From positions 1 to 64,000 of the forward strand of contig CBDBLV010000001.1 of the NCBI GenBank assembly GCA_965207225.1: DNA of 64,000 bases. Direction: 5' to 3'. The translations under genes were made by a program, and so were the position numbers. A model generated the notes under the pieces. That model was given only the letters and a program-made list of their open reading frames with translations, made no database searches and had not been told where the DNA came from. Source of the stretch: Dehalococcoidia bacterium. GTDB taxonomy: Bacteria > Chloroflexota > Dehalococcoidia > Plut-88900. Below, in pieces: positions 8,099 through 19,213 of the stretch (position 1 is the stretch's first letter; every line of letters begins with the position of its first letter).

Positions 8099-10052
8099 AC
8101 TCTTTTCTCAGCCCGTGACTCCGAAAATGTCCGCCGAAAGCGCCGGTCATCCACTGTTTGCCCACCTGTTCAGCCCCATAAAGGTTGGCAGCCTGGAGCT
8201 TCGAAACAGAATCGTCAACACCGCTCACGGAACGGGGTTCACCAAGGACCACGTCTTCACCGACCAGCACGTTCACTACTACGCGGAGCGGGCCCGGGGC
8301 GGGGCGGCGATGATCATTACGGAGAGCGCTTCCGTACACCCGACCAGCAACATCGGGATGCAGGACACCCTGTGGGGTTACGACCAGGTGATCGTTCCCG
8401 CGTACCGGAAGGTGGCGGAAGCGGTACACGAGCACGGTGCAAGAGTCATCGTTCAGCTCAGCCACCAGGGACGGCAGGGGGGCACGGTAGAAGGGCTGCC
8501 GAGGTGGGCGCCATCGGGGGTTGCGTCCCGGGAGTCGATCTACGGCAACAACGAGACCCCCCACGAGATGGATGTCGACGAGATTGCGGAGCTAGTCCAG
8601 GCTTTTGCCGATTGTGCGGCGCTGGCAGAAGAGGGCGGATTAGATGGTGTGGAACTTCACGGCGCGCATGGCAATCTGATCCACCAGTTCCTTTCACCAC
8701 TTACGAATCAGAGGACGGACGAATACGGCGGCGGGCTGGACAACAGGCTCCGGTTCGCGATGGAGGTCACGAAGGCGGTGCGGGGACGGGTGGGGCGGGG
8801 GTTCGTAGTCGGGATGCGGATAAGCGGTGACGAGTTCGTGGCCGGGGGCCTGGACCTGGAGCAGATGAAACAGATAGCGCGGCGGCTGTCGGGGGAGGGG
8901 CCGCTGGACTACCTGAACGTGAGCAACAGCACCTATTCAGACCTGGGCAGTATGGCGAACCACATGCCGTCCATGTACTACGAGCCTGCACCCTTCGCCC
9001 GCATCTGGGCAGGGATAAAGGGTGCGGTAAGCGTGCCGGTGCTGGGAATGGGCCGGATCACCACCCCCGAGCTGGCCGAAGACCTTCTGGCAGAGGGCAA
9101 GACCGATCTGATCGGGATGGTCAGGGAGCTAATCTCAGACCCCCGTCTGCCGGAGAAGGCGATGTCGGGAGCGGTGGAAGAGATCAGGCCGTGCATAGGG
9201 TGCATGCAGAGCTGCATAGGGCGCCGGATGAAGGGGCAGTACATCACCTGCATCCACAACCCGGTGACGGGTCGAGAAGGTGAGTGGGGTGAGATTACTC
9301 TTGCCACTAGTGTCAAGTCGGTGCTGGTGGTAGGTGGGGGGCCGGGAGGGCTGGAGGCTGCCAAGGCAGCCGCGCAGCGAGGGCACCGGGTGACGCTGGT
9401 TGAGAAGGAATCGAGGCTTGGGGGGCAGACATTGACCGCCGCCCAAGGCCCGATGCGCAAACAATTCGCCGACATAGCCACCTTCGCAGAAGCCGAGGCT
9501 CGCAGAGCGGGCGTCGATATCAAGCTGAATACCGAGGCGACTGTAGAGTCGGTGCTGGAGTTCGAGGCGGATGCGGTTATCGTAGCGACGGGGGCGGAGG
9601 CGTTCGTGAGCATGGAGGATATGCCCTCGGGGCCGGAGCTTATGACCGCACAGGAAGTGCTGGACGGAAACGTACCGAGCAACTGCAGCGTAGTAGTAGT
9701 CGATACCCGCGGCCTGCACCCCGGGAGCGACGTGTCGGAGGTGTTGCTGGACAACGGAAACCGGGTTGAGATGGCAACGACAGCACCCTATGCGGGGTCG
9801 AACCTGCAACCCCTGGTGTGGCGGAAGATCTACGAGCGCTTGCTGAACAAAGGCCTGATGGTGTCGGCGTTCACGGAGTTGGTGGGGCTGGGGGAGGGGT
9901 CGGTAACGTTGAGGAGCACAGTGACGGGTCGGGAGGAGAGTCGGGAGGGTGTGGACGTGGTGGTGTTTGCAGACAACCGCCGAGCCGCCGACGGGCTGTA
10001 CAGGGAGTTGAAGGGTCGGGTGTCGGAGTTGTATGCGGTCGGGGACTGCCTT

Positions 10053-11785
10053 GAGGCTGTCCCATAAGTGGGAAGTGACGGATAGCGCCCCGGCAGCTGT
10101 TCCGACGCGACATCTACGAAGAGATGAAGATGCCGCTTAGACCAGGGTTCGCTTTTACGACCCCAGCCGGGAAGTGATAGGGGAATGCTGGATTGAAGGG
10201 TGAGAGTTGTGTAGTAGCGGCAGTTGCTGTGAGAGAGTGGGGAGAGGCACTAGGCCGCGGATACTTGAGTGGAGGGGTCGGCTCCGGGTCTCCACGCCTT
10301 CCAGATAGTGCGGAGGTTGAAGGCGATGGCAAGCACCGTCCATTCGGCCTTCACGTTGGCAAGGCCACGCAACAGGAACCTCCGAGCCCTCAGTTGTTCC
10401 TTAAAGATCCCGAAGACCGGTTCGACCAGGTACTTCCTCCGTTTGTAGGCCGTCGTGGCTGCCTCGGTAGACATCCATTCTCTGTGAGCGCGCAGTACAT
10501 GGTCGCGTGCCCCGATTTCTAGCTTGCGTCCCCGTGGGTAATCCTTGGTGCAGACCCCAAATGCGGGGCAACTGCGGCAGGCCGAGGCAGAGGCTGCTCG
10601 GTATACCCGGACCGGCGTTCCGGCGTTTGTGGACGAGCTGGAGAAGCGCAATATCTTTCCATGAGGACAGACGTACCTGTCGTTGCCCTCGTCATAGGTG
10701 AATCGGTCCTTGTGATAGGGATTGTCCAGTGGTCGGGCCATATCCGGCATTGCCACTTGCTGACCTTTACGGTGACTCGCCTCCAGGTTCCGGCCTCCAC
10801 AATAACCGGCGTCTGCCAACGTCAACGGAGTCCTGGTTCCTGTAACACCCTCTGCCTGTTCCATCATCGGGGTCAACTGGAGGGCGTCATTGACTTGGTC
10901 CACAACGTCTACGGCGGTCAGCAGCATGCCGGTCGTCTGTCCGCCTGGTGCCAGCGGTGACACCATAGCTTGGGCGTTGTAGCTGGGCATGAAGCCCTGA
11001 CGGGTCCTCATGAGTTTTGCATCCCGATCGGTGAGGTTGATGCGCTTGCGATTCCGCTCAGAAGCCAACTCGTCCATCGCATGACGAATCTGCTCCCTCA
11101 GCGTTTGCTTGTTGGCTAATTCTTCCGGCAGATGTAATGCGGGGGTATCCTCACCTGCTTCGTTCTGAGCTTCAAGGTCGGAGATCGCCTTCTCCACCCT
11201 GTTCAATAACCGACCCAACTCCCCCGCATCGTAGGTCCTATCTCTTGCCGCATTGGCCCCCACCTTAGTTCCGTCAACCGCCTGCACCGCCAGATCCACC
11301 AGCTTCATCGTCACCGCCGTGCGCACAGTGCGCTCGAACAGCTTCCTCATGGACTGCCTGTGTTCCTTGTAGAACCGCCACAAGGTGTTGTGGTCAGGAT
11401 GCTGCCAGCCGGTCAGCCACAGATACGGTATCTGGTCCCGGCAGGCCGCCTCCAACTTGCGGCAGGAGCGCACCCCGGTCATGAAACCGTACAGCCACAC
11501 GCTCAACAAAGCGCGGGGATGGTAGGCCGGCGCTCCCATCGGGTCGCCGTCTATCTCCACGCCGAGTTCAGCCCAGCCTTCCCTATCCAGTGCGTCCACA
11601 AACTCGGCCACGAATCGGGCTGGATGGTCTAACGGCAACAGATCGTCAAGAGTCGGGGGCAACAGCCACATCTGTTCTCGGTCCATATCTCGAAGCGGCA
11701 TCTCCATCTCTCCTTCGTCGATGTCGCTTCAAAGGTACACCTAACAAGGTTCCATTCACCACTCCCCAACTTCTGAGACAGGCTG
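10053..11785 (-). mobile_element. IS1182-family insertion sequence
   Basis: Imperfect terminal IRs (AGGCTGTCCCATAAGT / ACTTCTGAGACAGGCT); target duplication GCCTT at 10048-10052 and 11786-11790. Confidence 0.9.
10250..11707 (-). CDS. IS1182-family DDE transposase
   Basis: PAYHPRALL, SCRKLE, PDHNTLWRF, VDGTKVGANA, LADAGY, YKRRKYLVEPVFG. Confidence 0.93.
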   Translation of the reverse strand: MEMPLRDMDREQMWLLPPTLDDLLPLDHPARFVAEFVDALDREGWAELGVEIDGDPMGAPAYHPRALLSVWLYGFMTGVRSCRKLEAACRDQIPYLWLTGWQHPDHNTLWRFYKEHRQSMRKLFERTVRTAVTMKLVDLAVQAVDGTKVGANAARDRTYDAGELGRLLNRVEKAISDLEAQNEAGEDTPALHLPEELANKQTLREQIRHAMDELASERNRKRINLTDRDAKLMRTRQGFMPSYNAQAMVSPLAPGGQTTGMLLTAVDVVDQVNDALQLTPMMEQAEGVTGTRTPLTLADAGYCGGRNLEASHRKGQQVAMPDMARPLDNPYHKDRFTYDEGNDRYVCPHGKILRFSSSSTNAGTPVRVYRAASASACRSCPAFGVCTKDYPRGRKLEIGARDHVLRAHREWMSTEAATTAYKRRKYLVEPVFGIFKEQLRARRFLLRGLANVKAEWTVLAIAFNLRTIWKAWRPGADPSTQVSAA

Positions 11786-12097
11786 GCCTTGCGCCCCGCA
11801 CGGTGGAGCAGGCGATGTACGAGGGGCACGGGGTGGGGCGGGGGATTTGATCCCCGCGTGCCCCTTTTGATGGAGACCCCGCCCAACCCCGGGATCCCTC
11901 TCCCCCTTGATCCCCCTCTCACGCCAGAGGCGCATCGCCGACCCTTAGAGCCTTCAAGGGAGAGGGGGAGAGATAAACAGAGGCCGACGCCTGCGCTCTG
12001 CGCAGGCGTCGGCCTCTAGTTTGGTGCTGGTGGAGGGAAACGACCTGACGGCGACAGCGCTATCGCTTGCACACCATTGGTCGGATAGACTTCGGGC

Positions 12098-12973
12098 ATG
12101 ACCTGGCTGGCTTTCGGACTAATCCTCCTGTCCGCCTTTTTTCACGTTACGTGGAACTTTCTGCTGAAGCGAGGCGGTAACCAGGAGGCATTCGCGTGGG
12201 GGATAGTGGTCAGCGGCACCGTGATGTTCGTCCCACTGGCCCTAGTCCTGTTCTGGCTGTACCCGATAGACCCTCCGGGATACCTGTTCGTCCTGGCTTC
12301 CACAGCATTCCAGAGCTTTTATTTCGTAATGCTGGGTCGGGCGTATTCTCGGGGTGACCTTTCGTTGGTCTATCCTGTGGCCCGGGGCATCGCGCCGATG
12401 CTCATACCCGTGCTTGCAGTGCCACTGCTGGGAGAGACCATAGCCCTGCTGGCCGTGCCGGGATTCGTGCTCATAGTGGCAGGGCTCTACGTGGTCTCCT
12501 GGTGGGGCAGATTCCGGCGAATCCTCGCCGGACCAACGAAACTCCTGCTTGACGGAGGAGTTGGCTACGCGGTGCTCGCCGGACTGGCGATTGTCGGGTA
12601 TTCGCTGGTGGACAAACGAGGTGTGGAGTATGCCCAGCCGTTCCTTTACATGTACCTGCAGACCATTGGGGGAGCTCTTTTCCTGGCTCCCTACATAATC
12701 CGCAGGCATGGACTGGCCGCAGTGAGGGAGGAGTGGAGAAGCAACGCCCGGCCCATACTGGCAGCGGGAGCGCTGGTCTTCATCGCTTACGGGCTGGCGT
12801 TGACGGCTTTCTCGCTCGCGCAGGTCAGCTACATGGCGCCCGCGAGGGAGTCGGGGGTGGTGATGGGGGTGCTGCTGGGTGTGCTGGTGCTCAAGGAGCG
12901 GTTCGGAAGGGGTCGTTTGCTGGGGTCCGGGTTTATAGTCGGGGGTCTGGCGTTGATCGCGGTAGCGGCCTAG
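12098..12973 (+). CDS. EamA/DMT-family transporter
   Basis: 10 TM segments, GDLSLVYPVARG, APARES, LKERFG. Confidence 0.9.
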   Translation: MTWLAFGLILLSAFFHVTWNFLLKRGGNQEAFAWGIVVSGTVMFVPLALVLFWLYPIDPPGYLFVLASTAFQSFYFVMLGRAYSRGDLSLVYPVARGIAPMLIPVLAVPLLGETIALLAVPGFVLIVAGLYVVSWWGRFRRILAGPTKLLLDGGVGYAVLAGLAIVGYSLVDKRGVEYAQPFLYMYLQTIGGALFLAPYIIRRHGLAAVREEWRSNARPILAAGALVFIAYGLALTAFSLAQVSYMAPARESGVVMGVLLGVLVLKERFGRGRLLGSGFIVGGLALIAVAA

Positions 12974-13185
12974 GACTCCTCTACCTCTTCACCCTCAAGG
13001 ACGATGCGGGCCTCTTCGAGCATGTCTTCCTGGACGAGGATGCCGCAGGGTCGGAGGGAGAGGCCGAGGAAGGCGCTGGTGTCGCCGGGGCTGAGCCGGA
13101 ATGGTATGCCGCTGTTGGCGAGAAGGCCGCCCCACATCTCTGCCATCAGCTGGTCGGGGGCGGTGGCGGCTAGGACCCATTTCAT
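12970..13185 (-). CDS. Small DUF2007-like protein
   Basis: 71 aa; AEMWGGLLANSGIP...ILVQEDMLEEARIVL pattern; directly downstream of dnaE. Confidence 0.7.
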   Translation of the reverse strand: MKWVLAATAPDQLMAEMWGGLLANSGIPFRLSPGDTSAFLGLSLRPCGILVQEDMLEEARIVLEGEEVEES

Positions 13186-13206
13186 GGGCTGAGGCTTCCT
13201 ATGGCC

Positions 13207-16200
13207 CTAGGATTCGACCAGGGTCACTGCGCCCTCCCCGAGACTTGGCGAGAGCAGCTTCACCAATTTCGGAGAGAACTGCACCCGGACTTCGGGAAGT
13301 TCGAGACGCGTTGTTCGCGAACGTTCCTCGATTTCGAGGAAGAGGGGGCTTGGGCCGGGGAAGCCCCTGGCGAGGGTGATGGCGTCTTTGAGGACCTGGG
13401 CGTCGTGGGCCTCGTCGCCTGTGGCACGGACCTTCAGCCAGACTTGTTCGGCTTTTGCGGGGTCGGGAGGGGGATGGATTCCCCACGACTTCTCGGGGGC
13501 AGGCTCTGCCTCTGCGGGAATGACGGAGGGGGGTGGTGTGGCATCCGCCCCATTCCGCTCGATTGACCCCCTCGAGGGACTCGGGGCAGGCTCTTCGACA
13601 GCCTCAGGGCGAACGGAATCCTCCCTACCTCTTTCGCTGGTCTCAGGGTGAGCGGCACCGTTTACGGGTGAGCTTTCCGTTGAAGTCGGAGCTTGCCCGG
13701 GATGGGCAACGCCGTTGGTAGGAGTTTGTTCGGTCGGCTGGGTGCCCGGGTCAAGAGGGGTGGGTGGGGACGAGGAATGGATTCCCGCCTCTGCGGGAAT
13801 GACGGAAAGGGGTGGGCCGGCGGAATTCTCGGTGGACCCAGGCACATCTTCTTCGGGGGGAATTTCGAATTTTTCTACGTGGTTGCAGTGGACGGAGATG
13901 CGGTCGTTGTTGCGGAGGCGTACCCGACCCTCGACCTTGAGGATCGTGCCCTCGGCCCAGAGGCTTTGGGTCCTTTCGTAGACCTCTCTCCACGCCACTA
14001 TCTCGGTGGTGCCGGTCACGTCTTCCAGGACGGCGGATACAAAGGGGTCGCCCTTCCGCGTCGTGCCGATGCGGAAGGAGGAGATCTGACCGACCAGCGT
14101 GACCTTCCTGCCGTCGAGCTCGGGCTCGATATCGCCGCACAAGTTGGGGGTGAAGTCGCCGAGATTGCGGTGAATCCGGGATATGGGGCTCTCCGAGAGG
14201 CTGGCCCCGAGCAATTCCTTCTCCCAGGCGTCCGGTTCACCGGGCTGGATTCGCATTTCCTCAAGCTCGAGGTCGGGGAGGGGGGTGGCCACGGACTCGC
14301 CCCAGAGGTCGAACATGGTTGACTGGCCCGAGTTCTTGAGGTCCCACTCCCGCTGGGACATCGACAATATGCGGTCTATGCCGCCAAGGAGGGCGCCGCG
14401 CCTTTCGAGGGAGTCCAGGGCCCCGACCTTTATAAGGCTTTCCAAGGCCCGCTTGTTGAGGCTGTGGAGGTCGGCCCGACGGCACATATCCTCGATCGAC
14501 TTGAAGGGGCCGTCGGCCTGCCGGGCCTCGACCAGGGGGCGGACGGCGCCGTCTCCGACGTTCTTGACGGCGGAGAGGCCGAAGCGGATGGCGCTGGAGC
14601 CGTTGTTGCGCTCCATTGTGAAGCCGAGGTCGGAAGCGTTGACGTCGGGGCGGCGGACTTCGATATCCAGCTTGCGGCATTCCTCAACTGCGGCGGCAGT
14701 GTGCTCTGCATTGCCGGAGTGGCAGGAGAGCAGGGCGGTCATGAACTCCACCGGGTAGTTGGCCTTCAGGTAAGCGGTCCAGTAGGAGATCATGGCGTAG
14801 CTGACGCTGTGGGCCTTGTTGAAGGCGTAGCCGGCGAAGGGCTCAATCAGCTCGAAGACGTAGGTGGAAAGACTATCGTCGAAGCCGTTGGTGGTGGCGC
14901 CCTTCATGAAGCGCTCCCGCTCCTCTGCCATCAGGGCGGCTATCTTTTTGCCCATGGCCTTCCGCACGATGTCGGCCTGCCCGAGGCTGTAGCCTGCGAA
15001 GGTGCGGAGTATGAGCAGGACCTGGTCCTGGTAGACGATGACGCCGTAGGTCTCCTTGAGGATGTCGGTGAGGGCGGGGTGTGGGTAGGTGACCTGGGCG
15101 CGCTGGTGCTTGGCGTCTATGAAGCGGGTGATGTGCTCCATCGGCCCGGGCCGGTAGAGGGCGATCATGGCTGCTACGTCGTTGACGGTGGAGGGCTTGA
15201 GCTGCTTGATGTACCGCCGCATCCCCGAGCTTTCCAGCTGGAATATGCCGGTGGTCTCGCCGCTGGAGAGCAGTTCGAAGGTCTTCTGATTGTCGAGGGG
15301 GATGTCGTTGAGGGACATCCTGCCGCCGCCGCTTTCGGCGATGATTTCCAGGGCCTTGCCCAGGATGGTGAGGTTGATAAGCCCGAGAAAGTCCATCTTC
15401 AACAGGCCCAGCTTGGCGATTGGGTCCATGGAGAACTGGGTTACGGCTATCTCCTCGCCCTCGCCCCGGGTCGACCTCTGTAGCGGGACGTAGTTGGTAA
15501 GCGGCTCCTGGGAGATGACGATGCCCGCGGCATGGGTGCTGGCGTGCCGGGCGACGCCCTCCAGCTTCTGCGCAGAGTCGACGAGCTTGCGGACGGCGTG
15601 GTCCTGCTCATAAGTACTGTTGAGCTCCGGGCTGGCCTTCATGGCATCGTCGATGGACTTCGCCCCGAAGGGGACCTGCTTGGCCACGTTGTCGACCATG
15701 GAGTAGGGGAGGCCCAGGGCCCGACCCACGTCCCTTAGTGCAGCCCGAGCCCCGAGAGTTCCAAACGTGATGATCTGGGCCACGTGCTCGGCGCCGTACT
15801 TGCGGGTGACGTAGGAGATCAGCTCGTCGCGGCGGTCGTCCTGGAAGTCCAGGTCGATATCGGGCATTTCGTTGCGCTCGATATTCAGGAAACGCTCGAA
15901 GACGAGGCCGTATTCCAGGGGGTCGATGTCGGTGATTCCGAGGCAGTAGAGGACCACGCTCCCGGCCGCGCTGCCCCGCACCCCGAAAAGTACGCCGTGC
16001 TCCCGGGCGTAGGAGCAGATATCCATCACGACCAGGAAGTAGTTGGCGAACTGGGTCTTCTTGATGACGTCCAACTCATCTTCAAGGCGGCGGCGGGCGG
16101 CTTCTCCGGCGTCGGGGTAGAGGCGGCGGAAGCCCTCCTCGCAGAGCTGGCCCAAGTAGGCGTCGGCATCTTCGCCGTTGGGGGTGGGGAAGTGGGGGAG

Positions 16201-17030
16201 GCGGAGCTTATCGAACTCTATGGAGAGGTCGCAGGCATCGGCGATGCGCATGGTGTTTTCGAGGGCCTCGGGCATGTCGGAGAAGAGGTTGCGCATCTCC
16301 TCTGGGGTCTTGAGGTAGAGGGAGTCGTCGGACATTTTGAGCCGCTTCTCGTCCTGGACTGTGGCGTTGGTCTGGATGCAGAGGAGGATGTCCTGGACGG
16401 CGGCCTCGTCGCGGTGGATGTAGTGGACGTCGTTGGTGGCGACCAATGGGATTTCGAGGTCGCGGCTCATGCGGACCAGGCCCTCGTTGATGGGTTTGAG
16501 CATGTCGAGTCGTGGCGCTGGATTTCGAGGTAGTAGTCCTGGAAGACCTCGCGGTACCAGCGGGCGGCGGCATAGGCGTCGTCCATCCGGCCTTCCAGGA
16601 TAGCCCGGGGCACCTCGGCCGTAGGGCAGCCGGATAGGACGACGAGGCCCTCATGGTGCTGCTCGAAAAGCGAGCGGTCCATGCGGGGCTTGTAGTAGAA
16701 GCCGTCCATATTGGCCTTGGTGACCAGCTGGATCAGGTTTTGGTAGCCGGTCTCGTTCTTGGACAGTAGGGTGAGGTGGTAGGGAGACTTCTCCTGGGGC
16801 ACCTTGGCCCGACGGCTCCCGTGGGCAACGTAGACTTCGCAGCCGATGATGGGCTTGACGCCGCTCTTCCTGGCTGAGGAGTAGAAGTCTATGGCGCCGT
16901 AGAGGTTGCCGTGGTCGGTGAGGGCCATGCTCTCCATGCCGAGGTCTCGGGCCTGTTCCATGAGGAGAGGGATGCGGCACAGGCCGTCAAGGAGGCTGTA
17001 CTCGGTATGGAGATGAAGGTGTGTATACAA
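13207..17030 (-). CDS. dnaE: DNA polymerase III alpha subunit, split by a 1-nt frameshift near 16510
   Basis: HLHLHTEYSLLDG PHP domain (16467-17030); RGSAAGS, PDIDLDF, FAGYAFNKAHS and OB fold (13207-16503); adding one C gives ...QRHDLDMLKP... Confidence 0.95.
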
Positions 17031-17253
17031 AGATTATTGCCCCGCCCGGCACCCGAAATTATACACCGCCAACCCCCTATGTCGGCCCCAAATTTGGTCC
17101 TTTTTGAGCAATTGCGGAGTGGGAAAAAGGGGTCCGTTTCTTGCCGGCATCCCCGGGAGGAATCAATGGACGATACGAGCAAAATATGCTAGTTTCACTG
17201 CCAAATCGAAAGGCGCGGCAACAGGCCCGCCGACCTCAAGGGGAATCCGTCAA

Positions 17254-18012
17254 TTGAAGTATTTCTTAAGAAAATTCGTCGGCATTATGGCCATTGCCGC
17301 CCTGGTGGGGGCGATGGCCTTTATTCTGGCCTGCGGAGGTGAGGAGACGGCCGAACCCGAACCGGAGCCCACGGCTACGGCCTTGCCTCAGGCAACGGCC
17401 ACATCCCAACCCACCCCCGCTCCCCGGCCTACGGATACGGCCGTACCTGAGCCTCAGGCCACGTCCACGCCGCAACCCACCCCAATACCCCAGCCCACCC
17501 CGATACCCCAACCCACGGCCACTCCCAGACCGGAGCCGACGCCCACCCCGAAACCTGAACCGACACCCACTCCCGAACCTATCCCCGAACCCGCCCATGC
17601 CCTGGCAGGCCTGGTACTCAATGCGGAAACCCTCGGGCAGCAGGTCATGGATGGAGTATCCCCAGAAGAAGCAGCCTGCGTAGAGGATTCCCTAGGTGGA
17701 CTGCTCTACCAGTTCTTCCTGGAGGCGCCTTTCACAGAGCTCATAACTTCCGGCCAGACCCAGGCGGCCGGACAATTCTTCGGCTGCCTCACGCCGGAGA
17801 GCGTGGTCCACCTGGGAAATGCGATGGAGGAGTTCCAGGCCGGTGGATACAGTCCCCAGGAAAAGTCTTGCATGGTAGATATCTACCTGGAAAACCCCGA
17901 TGCCATGTACAGGTGGCTGGGTATGGAGCCGCCGGCAGACCTGGTCACTACTGGAGATGACGCCGACTCGGTGGCTATGGAGATTGCCGAGTGCCGGGAA
18001 TCCGCGGGGTAG
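17254..18012 (+). CDS. Putative lipoprotein with Pro/Thr-rich linker and Cys-containing C-terminal domain
   Basis: Signal peptide with FILAC lipobox; repeated PTPTP(E/Q) units. Confidence 0.75.
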   Translation: MKYFLRKFVGIMAIAALVGAMAFILACGGEETAEPEPEPTATALPQATATSQPTPAPRPTDTAVPEPQATSTPQPTPIPQPTPIPQPTATPRPEPTPTPKPEPTPTPEPIPEPAHALAGLVLNAETLGQQVMDGVSPEEAACVEDSLGGLLYQFFLEAPFTELITSGQTQAAGQFFGCLTPESVVHLGNAMEEFQAGGYSPQEKSCMVDIYLENPDAMYRWLGMEPPADLVTTGDDADSVAMEIAECRESAG

Positions 18013-18202
18013 ACCGAGGCGCTGAGTTGTTCTCAGACTCGCTCTGCAGTCCCTACGGGCCCACGGGCGGGCAGATCGGGGACGCCCCGCGCGGTCCGGG
18101 GAGGAGATGCATGACTGGCGGCCGTCTGCTTGCCCCGATAATTGACACCCCAAAAATCGCTTGGCTAACCTCGGCACGCTTTTGCCGCAGAAGGGCAGGA
18201 CC

Positions 18203-19156
18203 TTGATATTGGTCACGGGGGCCACGGGATTCGTTGGGAGGCGGATAGTGGCGCGGCTGGTGGAGCGGGGGGAGGAGGTGAGACGGCTGGTCAGGCCCGG
18301 GCCGAACAGCCAACCCTCGGGGCTGCCCGCCGTCCATTTCGTCACGGGAGACGTGTCCGATATCGACTCCCTGAAAGCCGCGTGCGACGGCGTGGATATG
18401 GTGGTGCACACCGTGGCCGTCATAAGGGAAAAGGGCCCCGCGACTTTCCAGAGCATCAACGTGCAGGGGACACGGAACGTGGTGGAGGCGGCTGAGGAGT
18501 CGGGGGTGCGGAAGATAGTCCACCTGAGCGCGATAGGCGTCGGCCCCGACCCCAAATACCCATACCTGCGGTCCAAGTGGGAGGGTGAAGAGGCGGTGGT
18601 CAATTCGAAGTTGCGGCACGTCGTGCTGCGGCCTTCCCTGGTTTTCGGGCCGGGGGACGAGTTCATCAACGCCCTAGCTGCTACGATCAGGGTCGGGCCG
18701 GTGGTCCCGTTCATTGGCTCAGGGAAGGCGAGATTCCAGCCGATCCACGTGGAAGACGTTGCACAGTGCGTGGACAGGGTGCTGGTGGACAGGTCCTACG
18801 ATGGAGAGACCATCGAGATCGGTGGCCCGGACATCCTGAGCTACCGGCAAATCACGGACATGATTATCCGGGCCTTCGGGAGTTGGAAGGTGAAAGTGCG
18901 GGTGCCCGAGTCCCTGATGCGCCCTGCCCTGCCGTTCCTGAAGCTGGTCGCGCCACACCCGCCGATAACCAAGGTCCAGCTGGACATGCTATCCCTGGAT
19001 AACATCACGGCGAAGGACTCCGTAGAGGCCAATTTCGACTTCAAGCCCCGACCCCTGGAAGGCAATATGGACTACATCCTGGACATGGGGTGGGGGGAGG
19101 CGCTGGCGATTGCGACGGGTCGGAGGCCGGCTAGAAGATGGCCGACCGAGGCATAG
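18203..19156 (+). CDS. NDUFA9-like NAD(P)-dependent atypical SDR/epimerase
   Basis: LVTGATGFVG, YLRSKWEGE, FQPIHVEDVA. Confidence 0.9.
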   Translation: MILVTGATGFVGRRIVARLVERGEEVRRLVRPGPNSQPSGLPAVHFVTGDVSDIDSLKAACDGVDMVVHTVAVIREKGPATFQSINVQGTRNVVEAAEESGVRKIVHLSAIGVGPDPKYPYLRSKWEGEEAVVNSKLRHVVLRPSLVFGPGDEFINALAATIRVGPVVPFIGSGKARFQPIHVEDVAQCVDRVLVDRSYDGETIEIGGPDILSYRQITDMIIRAFGSWKVKVRVPESLMRPALPFLKLVAPHPPITKVQLDMLSLDNITAKDSVEANFDFKPRPLEGNMDYILDMGWGEALAIATGRRPARRWPTEA

Positions 19157-19213
19157 GCCCTTCCTCCAGCGTTACAATATAGGGAAGACGCCAGCCGATG
19201 CGAAGGGGACCCC

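Larger units (their letters stand above)
8115..11850 (+). pseudogene. Old-yellow-enzyme/FAD-dependent oxidoreductase (2,4-dienoyl-CoA reductase/N-methylproline demethylase-like), interrupted near the C-terminus by IS1182
   Basis: OYE barrel (ELHGAHG, NQRTDEYGG), CIGCMQSC Fe-S motif, GGGPGGLEAA; ...YAVGDCL ends at 10052 and resumes LAPRTVEQAMYEGHGVGRGI* at 11788-11850. Confidence 0.85.

Noticed and set aside
13207-16503. Intein in DnaE
   Set aside because: No C/S...HN splice motifs; the insert is repeat-derived low-complexity sequence
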